Source of the DNA: Thermovirga sp.
Lineage (GTDB): Bacteria > Synergistota > Synergistia > Synergistales > Thermovirgaceae
Assembly: GCA_012523215.1 (NCBI GenBank)
Contig: JAAYIZ010000170.1
Location: 165 to 64,164 of the forward strand
Reading direction: 5' to 3'
DNA: 64,000 nucleotides
Each line of letters starts with the position of its first letter. Position 1 is the stretch's first letter. A program made the position numbers and the translations under genes. The notes beneath the pieces were generated by a model that saw only the letters and a program-made list of their open reading frames with translations, was not told the origin of the DNA and searched no databases. Below are positions 19,093-28,235 of this stretch, one piece after another.

Positions 19093-20534
19093 ACGACTTC
19101 GATGCCCGATTCGACAACCTCGAGAGGGTGCACCTCATGGGCATAGGAGGAGCCGGGATGAGCGGCCTGGCCCTTCTTTTACGCCAGATGGGAATGACAA
19201 TTACCGGGTGCGATGTTTCACATACCTATTATATAAACAAGATATCCCCCAACGGCATTGAATTCGTTCTGGGCCACGACAAGAGCCATCTTGACCGATT
19301 CACCCCCGATGCCCTGGTATTCAGCAGTGCCATACCCCTGGAGACGGAAGAATTAACCGAGGCAGCCAGAAGAGGTATCCGGATATTTAAAAGAGCGGAG
19401 GTGCTCAGCTGGCTCTTCAACATGAGAAAGGGTATCGGCGTGGCCGGAACTCACGGCAAAACGACGACAGCCTCCATGATTGGCCTGATCCTGGAGAACG
19501 CCGGGCTTGACCCCACGGTCGCCATTGGAGGGGAGCTTTGTGACATTGGTGGAAACGCTAAGCTGGGACAGGGCGCACACATGGTCGCCGAGCTCGACGA
19601 AAGTGATGGGTCCTTCGAACTGTTTCGCTCCCATGTGGCAATTGTGACCAATGCCGATTGGGATCATGTCGATTATTACCCCAATTTCAATTCCGTTCTT
19701 GAGGCCTACGAAAGGTTCCTCGGCAACAGGGAGCCCGAAGGGACCGCCATTGTCTGCGGAGAAGACAGGGGGCTGTCCGCTCTCCTGCAGAACAGAATAA
19801 ACGGAAAGCATCTCACCTACGGGTGGGGGGGCCGGTGGGACTGGGGTGCCCAGGATGTCAGGCACAACAGGGGCGGAGGGGTTACCTATACCCTTAGCAG
19901 GGGTGGCACGCCAGCCCTCGAGATATCACTCCAGATCTCCGGCGAACATAACGTTCTTAATTCGCTTGCGGCCTGTGCCGCCGCCGCCGCGATAGGGGTT
20001 CCCCTCGAAGCGGCCTCCCAGGCGCTGAGGACCTTCAAGGGAGCTAAAAGACGCTTGCAGCACATGGGGTCCGTTCCCTCCCTCGATGTAGATATTTTTG
20101 ATGATTACGGCCATCACCCCAGGGAGATTGCCGCCACCCTGGGTACCCTGAGAAAGATGTTCCCCGAAAGAAGGCTCATGACCGTTTTTCAGCCCCATCG
20201 TTTTACGAGGACCGCTGCGATGTACAGAGAATTCGCCGAGGTGCTCTCCTTGTCCGATGGAGTATTTCTCCTGCCCGTTTTTCCCGCCGATGAAATGCCT
20301 ATCGAAGGCGTCTCTTCTACGCTGATAGGAGATATTCTGAAGCAAAAAGGACACAAGGGTTTTGACTTCTGCAGCGATATGGAAGAAGTTTTGGCCAAGA
20401 TCTCCGCCAGTGTAATTGAGGGCGATGTTATCGCTACCATCGGCGCGGGCGACGTTTCCATTGTGGGGGAGAAGATTCAGCGGCGCCTTGAAGGGAAAGG
20501 CGTTAACCTCGATGCGATGGCGGTCAAGGCTTAA
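19089..20534 (+). CDS. murC: UDP-N-acetylmuramate:L-alanine ligase MurC
   Basis: HLMGIGGAGMSGLA and GTHGKTTT motifs. The TTG start overlaps the murG stop (TTGA). Confidence 0.94.
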   Translation: MNDFDARFDNLERVHLMGIGGAGMSGLALLLRQMGMTITGCDVSHTYYINKISPNGIEFVLGHDKSHLDRFTPDALVFSSAIPLETEELTEAARRGIRIFKRAEVLSWLFNMRKGIGVAGTHGKTTTASMIGLILENAGLDPTVAIGGELCDIGGNAKLGQGAHMVAELDESDGSFELFRSHVAIVTNADWDHVDYYPNFNSVLEAYERFLGNREPEGTAIVCGEDRGLSALLQNRINGKHLTYGWGGRWDWGAQDVRHNRGGGVTYTLSRGGTPALEISLQISGEHNVLNSLAACAAAAAIGVPLEAASQALRTFKGAKRRLQHMGSVPSLDVDIFDDYGHHPREIAATLGTLRKMFPERRLMTVFQPHRFTRTAAMYREFAEVLSLSDGVFLLPVFPADEMPIEGVSSTLIGDILKQKGHKGFDFCSDMEEVLAKISASVIEGDVIATIGAGDVSIVGEKIQRRLEGKGVNLDAMAVKA

Positions 20535-21441
20535 CCGGAATATCCTTCCCTTTTGTTCCTTTGATAATCCTCTGAAAGATCTTACGACCCTCGGAGTGGG
20601 GGGGCCCGCTGAGTGCCTTGCCAGGCCTGCAACTCGCCATGAGCTGTCGGCGGTCCTCGATTTTAGCGTTGAGGAAGGAATCCCCGTCTGGTTCCTGGGA
20701 GGGGGCAGCAACGTACTCATCTCCGATGAAGGCCTTCGGGGCATCACCATTCAGACCGGCGGCCTGAACGGAGTCATGTGGGGAGAAAAGGGTGACTCGA
20801 TCCTGATTGAGGCGGAAGCGGGCGTTACCCTGGCTGCCCTTCTGGCGCTTTCGATAGAAAGGGGATGGGGAGGGCTGGAATTTATCGCGGGTATACCCGG
20901 GAGCGTCGGGGGCGCCCTTCGCGGAAACGCCGGAGTTGAAGGAAGGGCCCTTGGTGATCTTGTTGAATCGGTGCTGCTGATAAATAAAAACGGCCTTACC
21001 CAATGGAAAAAGGGTGGAGACCTTCGTTTTTCCTATCGTTTTTCCAACCTCCTGGAGAAAAACAAGGCTATCGTCGCCTGCAGATTGGTCCTCATGAAGG
21101 AGAATACTGCCGATGTGGCACAAGCCGCCAGAAAGTACTTTAACAAAAGAGCGGGACAGCCCAGGGGTGTCAAGACGGCAGGGTGCCTCTTTAAAAACCC
21201 CGGAACAGAGTTCGCCGGAAAACTCCTGGACGATGCCGGGTGCAAGGGGCTCAGGGAGGGGGATGCGGAGGTATCGGAAAGACACGCCAATTTTATCATA
21301 AATAAAGGATCGGCCAGTTCCGAAGATATTATCAGGTTGATCTCCATCTGCAGGGAAAGAGTTTACCAGGAGACGGGAATCCTCCTTGAGTTGGAGCTTT
21401 GTATTATGGGTGAGTTCCCCCATGAGGAAGTCGGCGGTTAG
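20512..21441 (+). CDS. murB: UDP-N-acetylenolpyruvoylglucosamine reductase MurB
   Basis: FAD-binding domain motifs TLGVGGPAE and GGGSNVLISDEG, plus C-terminal AGCLFKNP. The start is uncertain (ATG 20512 chosen, 23-nt overlap with murC). Confidence 0.9.
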   Translation: MRWRSRLNRNILPFCSFDNPLKDLTTLGVGGPAECLARPATRHELSAVLDFSVEEGIPVWFLGGGSNVLISDEGLRGITIQTGGLNGVMWGEKGDSILIEAEAGVTLAALLALSIERGWGGLEFIAGIPGSVGGALRGNAGVEGRALGDLVESVLLINKNGLTQWKKGGDLRFSYRFSNLLEKNKAIVACRLVLMKENTADVAQAARKYFNKRAGQPRGVKTAGCLFKNPGTEFAGKLLDDAGCKGLREGDAEVSERHANFIINKGSASSEDIIRLISICRERVYQETGILLELELCIMGEFPHEEVGG

Positions 21442-22204
21442 GTTTGCCCTGTTTCTTGTTTTCCTTTCAGGGATGCTATACTGTACGGAAGAACGATTCC
21501 AGTTCTTCCGTCTCAGGTCGGTCTCCTTCGGTTCCCTTGCCCTTGTTTCAGATGATTATTTCTGGAAGCGCATCGAACCGATGTCACATCGATTCTGGCC
21601 CTTATTTTCATTAAAACGGGGAACCATTGAAAAATCAATCATGGCGGAGGCACCCGTCGATATGTATATTACCCAAACAGGTCTTGGTGCCTTCGATGTG
21701 GAGGTTACGCCTCTCGAGCCCTGGTTCATGGTCTTCTGGTCCGGGGGAGAGTGGTTCCTCGCCAGAGAGGGCAGGATGTGGTCGATCCATCACTCTATGA
21801 ACAGTATCATTTCCCAGCAGTCGGCGAGGGAGGGGGCAGTTCTTGTATGGGGTCCGGGCTTGCCAGACCCCATACCGTCCGGTACGGATATTGAAAACTC
21901 CGTCAAGGATTCGGTGATACCCTGCAACGAGATCGAGTCCTGGAAAGAGGCGCTGGAAAGGGCAGGTTTTTACAAAAGGATTTCCACTATCACCGTCAAC
22001 AGGGGCGAGGGTAGAAGAACCGTCGAGATACTCGAAAGAACCGGCGAGGGATGTGTAAGAATTCTCCTTGGTGAATCCCCTGATCTTTGGCCGCCCCTGC
22101 TCGAAGCGGTAAATGATATACTTTCGCAAACCGGTTCAAGTGGCAAGAACCTGCTAGTGGATACAACCTATTCCGGAAAGATCCTGGTCAGGGTCATTCC
22201 CTGA
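21422..22204 (+). CDS. ftsQ: Cell division protein FtsQ/DivIB-like
   Basis: N-terminal TM (FALFLVFLSGMLY), about 260 aa, in the canonical slot between murB and ftsA. No strong motif. The call rests on position and topology. Confidence 0.6.
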   Translation: MRKSAVRFALFLVFLSGMLYCTEERFQFFRLRSVSFGSLALVSDDYFWKRIEPMSHRFWPLFSLKRGTIEKSIMAEAPVDMYITQTGLGAFDVEVTPLEPWFMVFWSGGEWFLAREGRMWSIHHSMNSIISQQSAREGAVLVWGPGLPDPIPSGTDIENSVKDSVIPCNEIESWKEALERAGFYKRISTITVNRGEGRRTVEILERTGEGCVRILLGESPDLWPPLLEAVNDILSQTGSSGKNLLVDTTYSGKILVRVIP

Positions 22205-22229
22205 TTTCATTTGGTCTGGAGGTTCGCCC

Positions 22230-23582
22230 ATGAGGAGAGGGAAGGTAGAACCCATCATATGGTCGGGTCTTGATATCGGTAGCAGGAAGATCTCACTGAT
22301 TGTGACCGAAACGGATCCCCTCTCACAGGAAGCACAGGTTATCGCCATAGGTTCCTCAAGATCAAGAGGGATCTCCCGGGGCGAGATTCGGAACGGCGAT
22401 CTCGTGGTCGAATCCATCAGGAAAGCCGTAGACGAGGTAGAAAAGGCTTACGATCTAAACGTCAGAGACACGTTCCTTTCGATAGGGCCTTCGTCGGCCT
22501 TTTCTTTTGTTATGGGACAGAAGTTATCCTTGAGAGAGGAAGGGGAACCCGAAAGAACCGTCACCGGCAAGGATATAAAGGATATCCTCAAGGAAGTGTT
22601 GAAGACTGCCCGAGAGAGTACCCAGGACCTTTTGCTTCACGCGATTCCGCTTACCTTCTCCGTTGACTCTGGTTCTTCCATGAAGGACCCGACAGGGCTT
22701 TTAGGATCGGAATTGGCCGTCGAGGTCCTCTTCATCGGTCTTGCCGGGGAAGAAGTCCGGAAATCTGTAAGTTGTGCCGAGAAAGCCGGATTGAACGTAC
22801 TAGGAGTGGTACATAAATCGATCGCTTCCGCTTTTGGCTCTCTCAGCGAAGAAGAGCTTGAAGACGGAGCCGTGGTTGTCGATATCGGGGCGGGTACCTC
22901 CACCGTGACCTACGCCAGGGAGGGACTTGTCAGGGCAATGGCGGTTTTCCCGGTCGGTGGGGATCTGGTTACCCAGGATGTCGCGGAATTGCTCTCGATA
23001 CCGGCATCAAAGGCCGAATACTTGAAGCGCGAGGTATCCCTTTCCGAAGCCCCTGAGGATTTACATGATGAACTTGAATTTGAAATGGGTGGGGAGCCCT
23101 TCGTGGTGACCGTCCGGAATGTTCTCGATATCGTGTCGCCGAGAATCGAGGAGATCTTCTTCAGATTCATCGTCCCCAAAATTGAAGAGTTCGAATGCGA
23201 AGGAGCGCTTCGGACCATCGTTTTTTCAGGTGGCGTCGCAGAATCTCCAGGATTCATCGATCTCGCCTCCGAGAGTTTTGAAATACCGGTCCGGCTAGGC
23301 GTGCCCGTCAAAGAATCAAGCCTCCCTCTCCATGCAAGGGGATGCGAATTTTCCTCCACGGTGGGGATCGCTAATTACCTCCTGGAAAGGAAGAACTACC
23401 CCGAAAACCTTCTTAAACCGGGTTCCTTGGGGTCAGGTATTGCCTGGGGCCTGGAGCGGACTGGGGAAATCATGGTCTCGAACCACAAGAAAGGGGAAGC
23501 GGAAATAAAGGGAAGTGACGGTAAGTCTCAAATGGCCAGGTTTTTCGATGCCTTGAAGAACGCCTTCAAGGAACTGTTCTAA
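22230..23582 (+). CDS. ftsA: Cell division protein FtsA
   Basis: Actin-fold phosphate motifs GLDIGSRKISLIV and VVDIGAGTSTV. It lies immediately upstream of ftsZ. Confidence 0.92.
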   Translation: MRRGKVEPIIWSGLDIGSRKISLIVTETDPLSQEAQVIAIGSSRSRGISRGEIRNGDLVVESIRKAVDEVEKAYDLNVRDTFLSIGPSSAFSFVMGQKLSLREEGEPERTVTGKDIKDILKEVLKTARESTQDLLLHAIPLTFSVDSGSSMKDPTGLLGSELAVEVLFIGLAGEEVRKSVSCAEKAGLNVLGVVHKSIASAFGSLSEEELEDGAVVVDIGAGTSTVTYAREGLVRAMAVFPVGGDLVTQDVAELLSIPASKAEYLKREVSLSEAPEDLHDELEFEMGGEPFVVTVRNVLDIVSPRIEEIFFRFIVPKIEEFECEGALRTIVFSGGVAESPGFIDLASESFEIPVRLGVPVKESSLPLHARGCEFSSTVGIANYLLERKNYPENLLKPGSLGSGIAWGLERTGEIMVSNHKKGEAEIKGSDGKSQMARFFDALKNAFKELF

Positions 23583-23607
23583 TCCGTTTATCGTGGAGGT
23601 TACTCGG

Positions 23608-24759
23608 ATGGCAGAACTCTTTGAGATCGAAGGTTCACAGTCGCAGTTACGCGAAGTGATCAAGGTTATCGGAGTTGGTGGAGGCGGTGGCAATGCCCTC
23701 AACCACATTGTCCGGAGCGGAGTGACCGGCGTGGAATTCATCGCCGCCAATACTGATATCGCTCACCTTAGCCTCTCCGAAGCCGACGTAAAGATCGTGC
23801 TGGGAAGGGAATTGACCAAGGGTCTTGGCGCTGGAGCGGACCCCGAGATCGGCATGAGATCTGCTGAAGAGTCCATCGATGAGATCAGGGAGGCGCTGAA
23901 CGGGGCTGATATGATTTTCCTTACGGCCGGAATGGGTGGTGGGACCGGTACAGGTGCCTCGCCGATAATTGCCCAGGCCGCGAAAGAAAACGGGACCCTT
24001 GTCGTGGCCGTGGCGACTAAACCCTTTCTTTTCGAGGGCCATAGGAGGATAACGCAGGCCCTGGAGGGTATTGAGAATCTTCGCGGCAACGTGGACGCCC
24101 TCATCGTAATACCGAATGACCGGCTACTGGAGATCACCCAAAAGGAGACGACCCTCCTCGATGCTTTCAGGCTCGCCGATGATGTGCTGAGGCAAGCCGT
24201 TCAAGGTGTCACGGATCTTATCCTCCGTCCAGGCCTGGTCAACGTAGATTTCGCCGATGTAAGGACCATCATGATGGATGCTGGAACGGCCATAATGGGA
24301 ATTGGCGAGGCAAAGGGGGATGACAGGGCTTCAAAGGCGGCACATGCCGCCATAAACAGTCCCCTGATGGATGGCCCTATTACCGGAGCGCGAGGGGTGC
24401 TCTTCAACGTCACCGGGGGACCGAACCTGGGCATCCACGAAATCCAGGAGGCTGCCCAGGTGGTAACCGAAGCCGCCGATCCCAAGGCAACCATCCTCTG
24501 GGGTCACGTCCTTGACCCCGAATTGGACGAAAAGGTTCAGATAACAGTAATAGCCACGGGTTTTGCCTCGGGACAAAGCCCCAGAAGGTCGCTGTCGCTG
24601 CCCAGAAGAAGCGGGGGATCCTTCATTGAGACCGAAGCTCTCGCCAGGAGAGATGTCCTGAAGAAAGTCGATAAAGACTTTGAGTCGTCCCCTGTCGATG
24701 TGGAAGACCTGGATACCCCTCCCGAGATCCGAAGGAGGAAGTTCGGTCATCAGTTTTAA
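23608..24759 (+). CDS. ftsZ: Cell division protein FtsZ
   Basis: VIGVGGGGGNA and the tubulin signature GMGGGTGTGASP. A C-terminal conserved peptide follows a linker. GGAGGT lies 7 nt before ATG 23608. Confidence 0.97.
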   Translation: MAELFEIEGSQSQLREVIKVIGVGGGGGNALNHIVRSGVTGVEFIAANTDIAHLSLSEADVKIVLGRELTKGLGAGADPEIGMRSAEESIDEIREALNGADMIFLTAGMGGGTGTGASPIIAQAAKENGTLVVAVATKPFLFEGHRRITQALEGIENLRGNVDALIVIPNDRLLEITQKETTLLDAFRLADDVLRQAVQGVTDLILRPGLVNVDFADVRTIMMDAGTAIMGIGEAKGDDRASKAAHAAINSPLMDGPITGARGVLFNVTGGPNLGIHEIQEAAQVVTEAADPKATILWGHVLDPELDEKVQITVIATGFASGQSPRRSLSLPRRSGGSFIETEALARRDVLKKVDKDFESSPVDVEDLDTPPEIRRRKFGHQF

Positions 24760-24783
24760 AAGAACGGAACGGGACAAGCATCA

Positions 24784-26310
24784 TTGAAACGCCTTTCTGG
24801 GAAATACAAAAGGGAGAACTGGAAATACCTTCGGGAGCAGGAAATCGAGTTGGATGACCTTCCCCAGGGAGGTTATCCACTGTGGGCCATGCTTTATCCC
24901 GCGCGGTACCAGGTGGGGATGGCAAACCTCGGATTCCAGACGATTATTGCCGAGATGCGGACCCTAGGCGTCGGGGTCGAACGTTTTTTCGCGGGGCGAC
25001 TTTCCGCCCTTTCGGTGGAGGCAGAAAGGCCTATCTCCAATTTCCCCCTCATTTCCGCTTCCGTTGCCTATGAACCAGATATCTTGACCCTCCTCTCACT
25101 CTTTCGTCGGTGGCGCATATCTCCCTGTCCTGAAGAAAGGGAATCCCTGGGTCAGGCCGTTTTTGGGGTCGGTGGTGCCCTGAGCTACATCAACCCCCTG
25201 GCCTTCTCGGGGATGGCTGATTATGTCGTTCTCGGTGATGGCGAAAGGGTCGTAGAACACCTGGTGAGAGAAGCCCGTCATTACCTGCGCCATGGGGATC
25301 GCTCCAAATTCCGGGAAGCGCTGGCTGAACATCCCTCCATTTATGTGCCTTCCCTGCATGACCGGGTCATCCTGAAGGGCGAGAAAGCCCAAAAGCGCAG
25401 GAACATCATTGACGACCTGGACAAGGCGAGGGGGAAAAGCCTCTGGATCGCTCCCTCCTCGGTCTTTGGCAAAACGGTATTGGTTGAACTCCAGAGGGGT
25501 TGCAGGAGGAACTGCAGCTTCTGCACCATCCCTTCTTCCTTCGGAAAGCCCAGGATCCGTTCCGTTGGACGAGTCCTGGAGGACATCGCCTCGGTTGGTT
25601 CCTTTGGTGGTATTCAGATTGGTCTCATATCACCCGAAACCGGCGATTACCCGTTCCTGGCGGAGTTGCTTTCCGCCGTGGACTCCCTGGGGACAGCCGT
25701 ATCCTTTGCGTCGCTCAGGGTGGATAATATCAGCGAATCCATGATCAAATCCCTGACTGGAAGTGGAAGGCATGCCCTCACTGTCGCGCCGGAGGCCGGG
25801 AACGACAGGCTGAGAAGAGCCTGCGGAAAATACTTTACCGAGGACGATATCATCGAGCGGCTGGCCATGGCCTCAAGTATGGGTATCAGGAAGGTTAAAC
25901 TTTATTTCATGATGGGTATCCCGGGCGAAAGGGCCTCCGATGTGGACGATATCGCCCGTTTAAGCGGCCGTGTCCGTGCCGAGAATGGACTCCAGGTAAC
26001 GGCTTCCGTAGGCGTATTCGTTCCAAAACCCATGACTCCCTGGGAAAAAGCCGAGATGATAAGCGACGGGGAAGCCCATACCCGGAAAAAGAGATTGAAA
26101 AAACTCTTCCGAGACGGCCCTGCGAAGGGTTGCCGTGTCAACTTCCAGGAGCCGAGGGAAGCCGCCCTTGAGTTCGCCCTCGCCTGGAAGGGCTTATCCA
26201 TGGCAAAGGGCTTCTGCTCCCATGGAAAGGGAGCCACGAGAGTCTCTGAGCCCGGCCAGGAACAGAGGGTTATTTTGCTGGAGCAACTGGGTCTTCTTGG
26301 TTATAATTAA
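24784..26310 (+). CDS. Uncharacterised radical SAM protein with N-terminal B12-binding-like domain (TIGR03960-like family, from memory)
   Basis: CxxxCxxC cluster motif in LVELQRGCRRNCSFCTIPS. The N-terminal YPARYQVGMANLGFQ and VAYEPDILTLL...VLGDGE segments are typical of that uncharacterised family. TTG start lies 24 nt after the ftsZ stop. Confidence 0.85.
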   Translation: MKRLSGKYKRENWKYLREQEIELDDLPQGGYPLWAMLYPARYQVGMANLGFQTIIAEMRTLGVGVERFFAGRLSALSVEAERPISNFPLISASVAYEPDILTLLSLFRRWRISPCPEERESLGQAVFGVGGALSYINPLAFSGMADYVVLGDGERVVEHLVREARHYLRHGDRSKFREALAEHPSIYVPSLHDRVILKGEKAQKRRNIIDDLDKARGKSLWIAPSSVFGKTVLVELQRGCRRNCSFCTIPSSFGKPRIRSVGRVLEDIASVGSFGGIQIGLISPETGDYPFLAELLSAVDSLGTAVSFASLRVDNISESMIKSLTGSGRHALTVAPEAGNDRLRRACGKYFTEDDIIERLAMASSMGIRKVKLYFMMGIPGERASDVDDIARLSGRVRAENGLQVTASVGVFVPKPMTPWEKAEMISDGEAHTRKKRLKKLFRDGPAKGCRVNFQEPREAALEFALAWKGLSMAKGFCSHGKGATRVSEPGQEQRVILLEQLGLLGYN

Positions 26311-26351
26311 ATATTTATCGTTGGAGAACACTCTCAGAGAGGTGATCATCG

Positions 26352-26957
26352 GTGAGCTTCAGAAGGAACAGGAAGTTCAAGGAAAAGCCGGCTGTATTCG
26401 CCTTCGGCCATATAATGCTGCCCCTGGTCGCCATCCTGGCCGTAGGGCTTTTAATCCTCGGGGTCAGGCTTCTTTTCATGCCTCCAGAAAGCCCGGTGAG
26501 TTATCCCGAAAACCTCGAGTACCATGAAGGGGAGACCCCGTCCATGTCTCTAACCGCCGAACCCGTCGACAACTCCCAGGTCGTTGCTGTTCCCGCCCCC
26601 GGTGGTGACGAACCCGTGACGGAATCTGGAACCGCCCAAGCCGAGCCGGCTGCCGAGGGAGCCGCACCAACATCAACCCGGACCGGGACGGAAACCAAAA
26701 TTCCTATGCCTGCCCAAGCCTCACGGGGGAGTTGGGTCGTCCAAATCGGGGCCTTTTCCCTGAAGGAATCGGCAGAAACCCTCGTAGGAGAAGTAAGAGA
26801 TAAAAACTTCAACGCCTATGTGACCAGGGCGGAGGTCGGTGGGAAGACTTATTACAGGGTAAGGGTGCCCGCGGGCGACCAAAAGGTTGAGGCGGATAAC
26901 CTCGCCAGGGAACTCGCCTCGAAGGGATATCCCACGTTGGTCACAAAACAGGAATAG
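26352..26957 (+). CDS. SPOR domain-containing membrane protein (septal peptidoglycan binding)
   Basis: N-terminal TM (IMLPLVAILAVGLLILGVRLLF) and a Pro/Glu/Thr-rich linker. C-terminal SPOR-like domain SWVVQIGAFSLKESAETLV...YYRVRVPAGDQKVEADNLARELASKGY. GTG start. Confidence 0.8.
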   Translation: MSFRRNRKFKEKPAVFAFGHIMLPLVAILAVGLLILGVRLLFMPPESPVSYPENLEYHEGETPSMSLTAEPVDNSQVVAVPAPGGDEPVTESGTAQAEPAAEGAAPTSTRTGTETKIPMPAQASRGSWVVQIGAFSLKESAETLVGEVRDKNFNAYVTRAEVGGKTYYRVRVPAGDQKVEADNLARELASKGYPTLVTKQE

Positions 26958-26996
26958 GAGCCGGAAGAGACCGATGATCCTTCCGCACAAATTAAA

Positions 26997-28235
26997 ATGT
27001 CGGGTTTTGTGACCAGGACCCTTCCAAGGGATGAAGCCCTGCACACCCTCGCTCAAGGGATGGGATTCCCCTGGCCCGTGGGTGTGAGGGAGGGAATTCC
27101 GATCCACGAGGCCCTGGGTCTCGTTTTGGGAGCCGATATCATCGCTCCCGATGCGAGCCCTCCTTTTGACAGGAGCCTTCGGGATGGTTTCGCCGTGAGG
27201 TCGGTGGATTTAATAGGCGTTAGTGATGCTTCCCCCGCCTTTTTGAACCTTCGTGGCGAGGTGCCCATGGGTTCGATCCCCAAGATGCGGGTCGGCCCCG
27301 AAGAAGCTGTCCAGGTGCATACCGGAAGTGCTTTACCAGCGGGGGCGGATTCCATCGTAATGCTCGAAGACACCTCCCATGCCGGAATGTTGCTCGAGGT
27401 TCGAAAACCTGTCCAGAAGGGGGAAAACCTCCTCCTGAAGGGTGAGGAGTTCAGCAAGGGTCAAAAACTGGCTCGCAAGGGAGATATCCTTGACTTTCGC
27501 AATATTTCTGCCCTGGCTTCCTGCGGACAGGTTGCAGCCACGGTCTGCGACCTCGGGGTTGCCATTATAAGTACCGGCGATGAGATCGTCCCGGCGGGCG
27601 TTAAACAGATCCAACCCGGGATGATCCGGGACGTCAACTCTTCCATCATCTTGGCCAACCTGGCAAGAGCCGGCATCGGGGGTGAATTCCTCGGCATTGT
27701 CCCTGATGACCCAAAGGAACTGAAAAAGGTTTTCGACAAAGCCCTGGAAAAATTTGACGTCCTGATCCTGAGCGGAGGTTCCTCGGTCAGCGCCAGGGAT
27801 CATTCAGTCCTTCTTCTTCGGGAACTGGGCAAAGGGGAGCTGATCGTCAGGGGTCTCAATATTTCCCCCGGCAAACCAACCATTGTCTCCGGCGATCCTT
27901 CCAGGAAAAAATTAGCCGTCTGCCTGCCGGGACATCCTCACTCCTGTGCCATAATAGCCTTGACCTTCCTGGTACCCCTTATCTCATCACTTATAATGGG
28001 GAAGCCTCTCGACCTTTTCCGGAAAATCTCCCTCCCCGCGGGGGAGGATATTATCGGAAAGAGCGGTGTGGAGGAATTCATCCCCCTGAAGATCGGCCCC
28101 GAGGGAGAAGCTCGGCCCTCCTGGGCGAAGTCAGGGTTTCTTTTGGGCATGGGTGGTTCCGACGGCCTGATCAGACTTCCCGAAAACACGGAGACCCTGA
28201 GAAAAGGATCTCTTGTCGAGGTGTGGCTTTGGTGA
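26997..28235 (+). CDS. moeA: Molybdopterin molybdenumtransferase MoeA
   Basis: 412 aa. DGFAV, STGDEIV and LSGGSSVS(ARD) MoeA/gephyrin-E domain motifs. Confidence 0.9.
   Translation: MSGFVTRTLPRDEALHTLAQGMGFPWPVGVREGIPIHEALGLVLGADIIAPDASPPFDRSLRDGFAVRSVDLIGVSDASPAFLNLRGEVPMGSIPKMRVGPEEAVQVHTGSALPAGADSIVMLEDTSHAGMLLEVRKPVQKGENLLLKGEEFSKGQKLARKGDILDFRNISALASCGQVAATVCDLGVAIISTGDEIVPAGVKQIQPGMIRDVNSSIILANLARAGIGGEFLGIVPDDPKELKKVFDKALEKFDVLILSGGSSVSARDHSVLLLRELGKGELIVRGLNISPGKPTIVSGDPSRKKLAVCLPGHPHSCAIIALTFLVPLISSLIMGKPLDLFRKISLPAGEDIIGKSGVEEFIPLKIGPEGEARPSWAKSGFLLGMGGSDGLIRLPENTETLRKGSLVEVWLW

Noticed and set aside
20524-21423. 299-aa minus-strand ORF antisense to murB. Similar long antisense ORFs occur at 19926-20750, 3831-4760, 5617-6372, 27938-28711, 41294-42160, 59639-60358 and 60735-61481.
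   Set aside because: Each lies entirely opposite a gene with diagnostic motifs. They have no SD or start context and no recognisable domains. I treat them as shadow ORFs.
26958-26996. Possible Moco riboswitch ahead of the moeA-moaA cluster.
   Set aside because: The spacer is only 39 nt, far too short for the ~130-nt Moco RNA motif. No conserved motif elements were seen.
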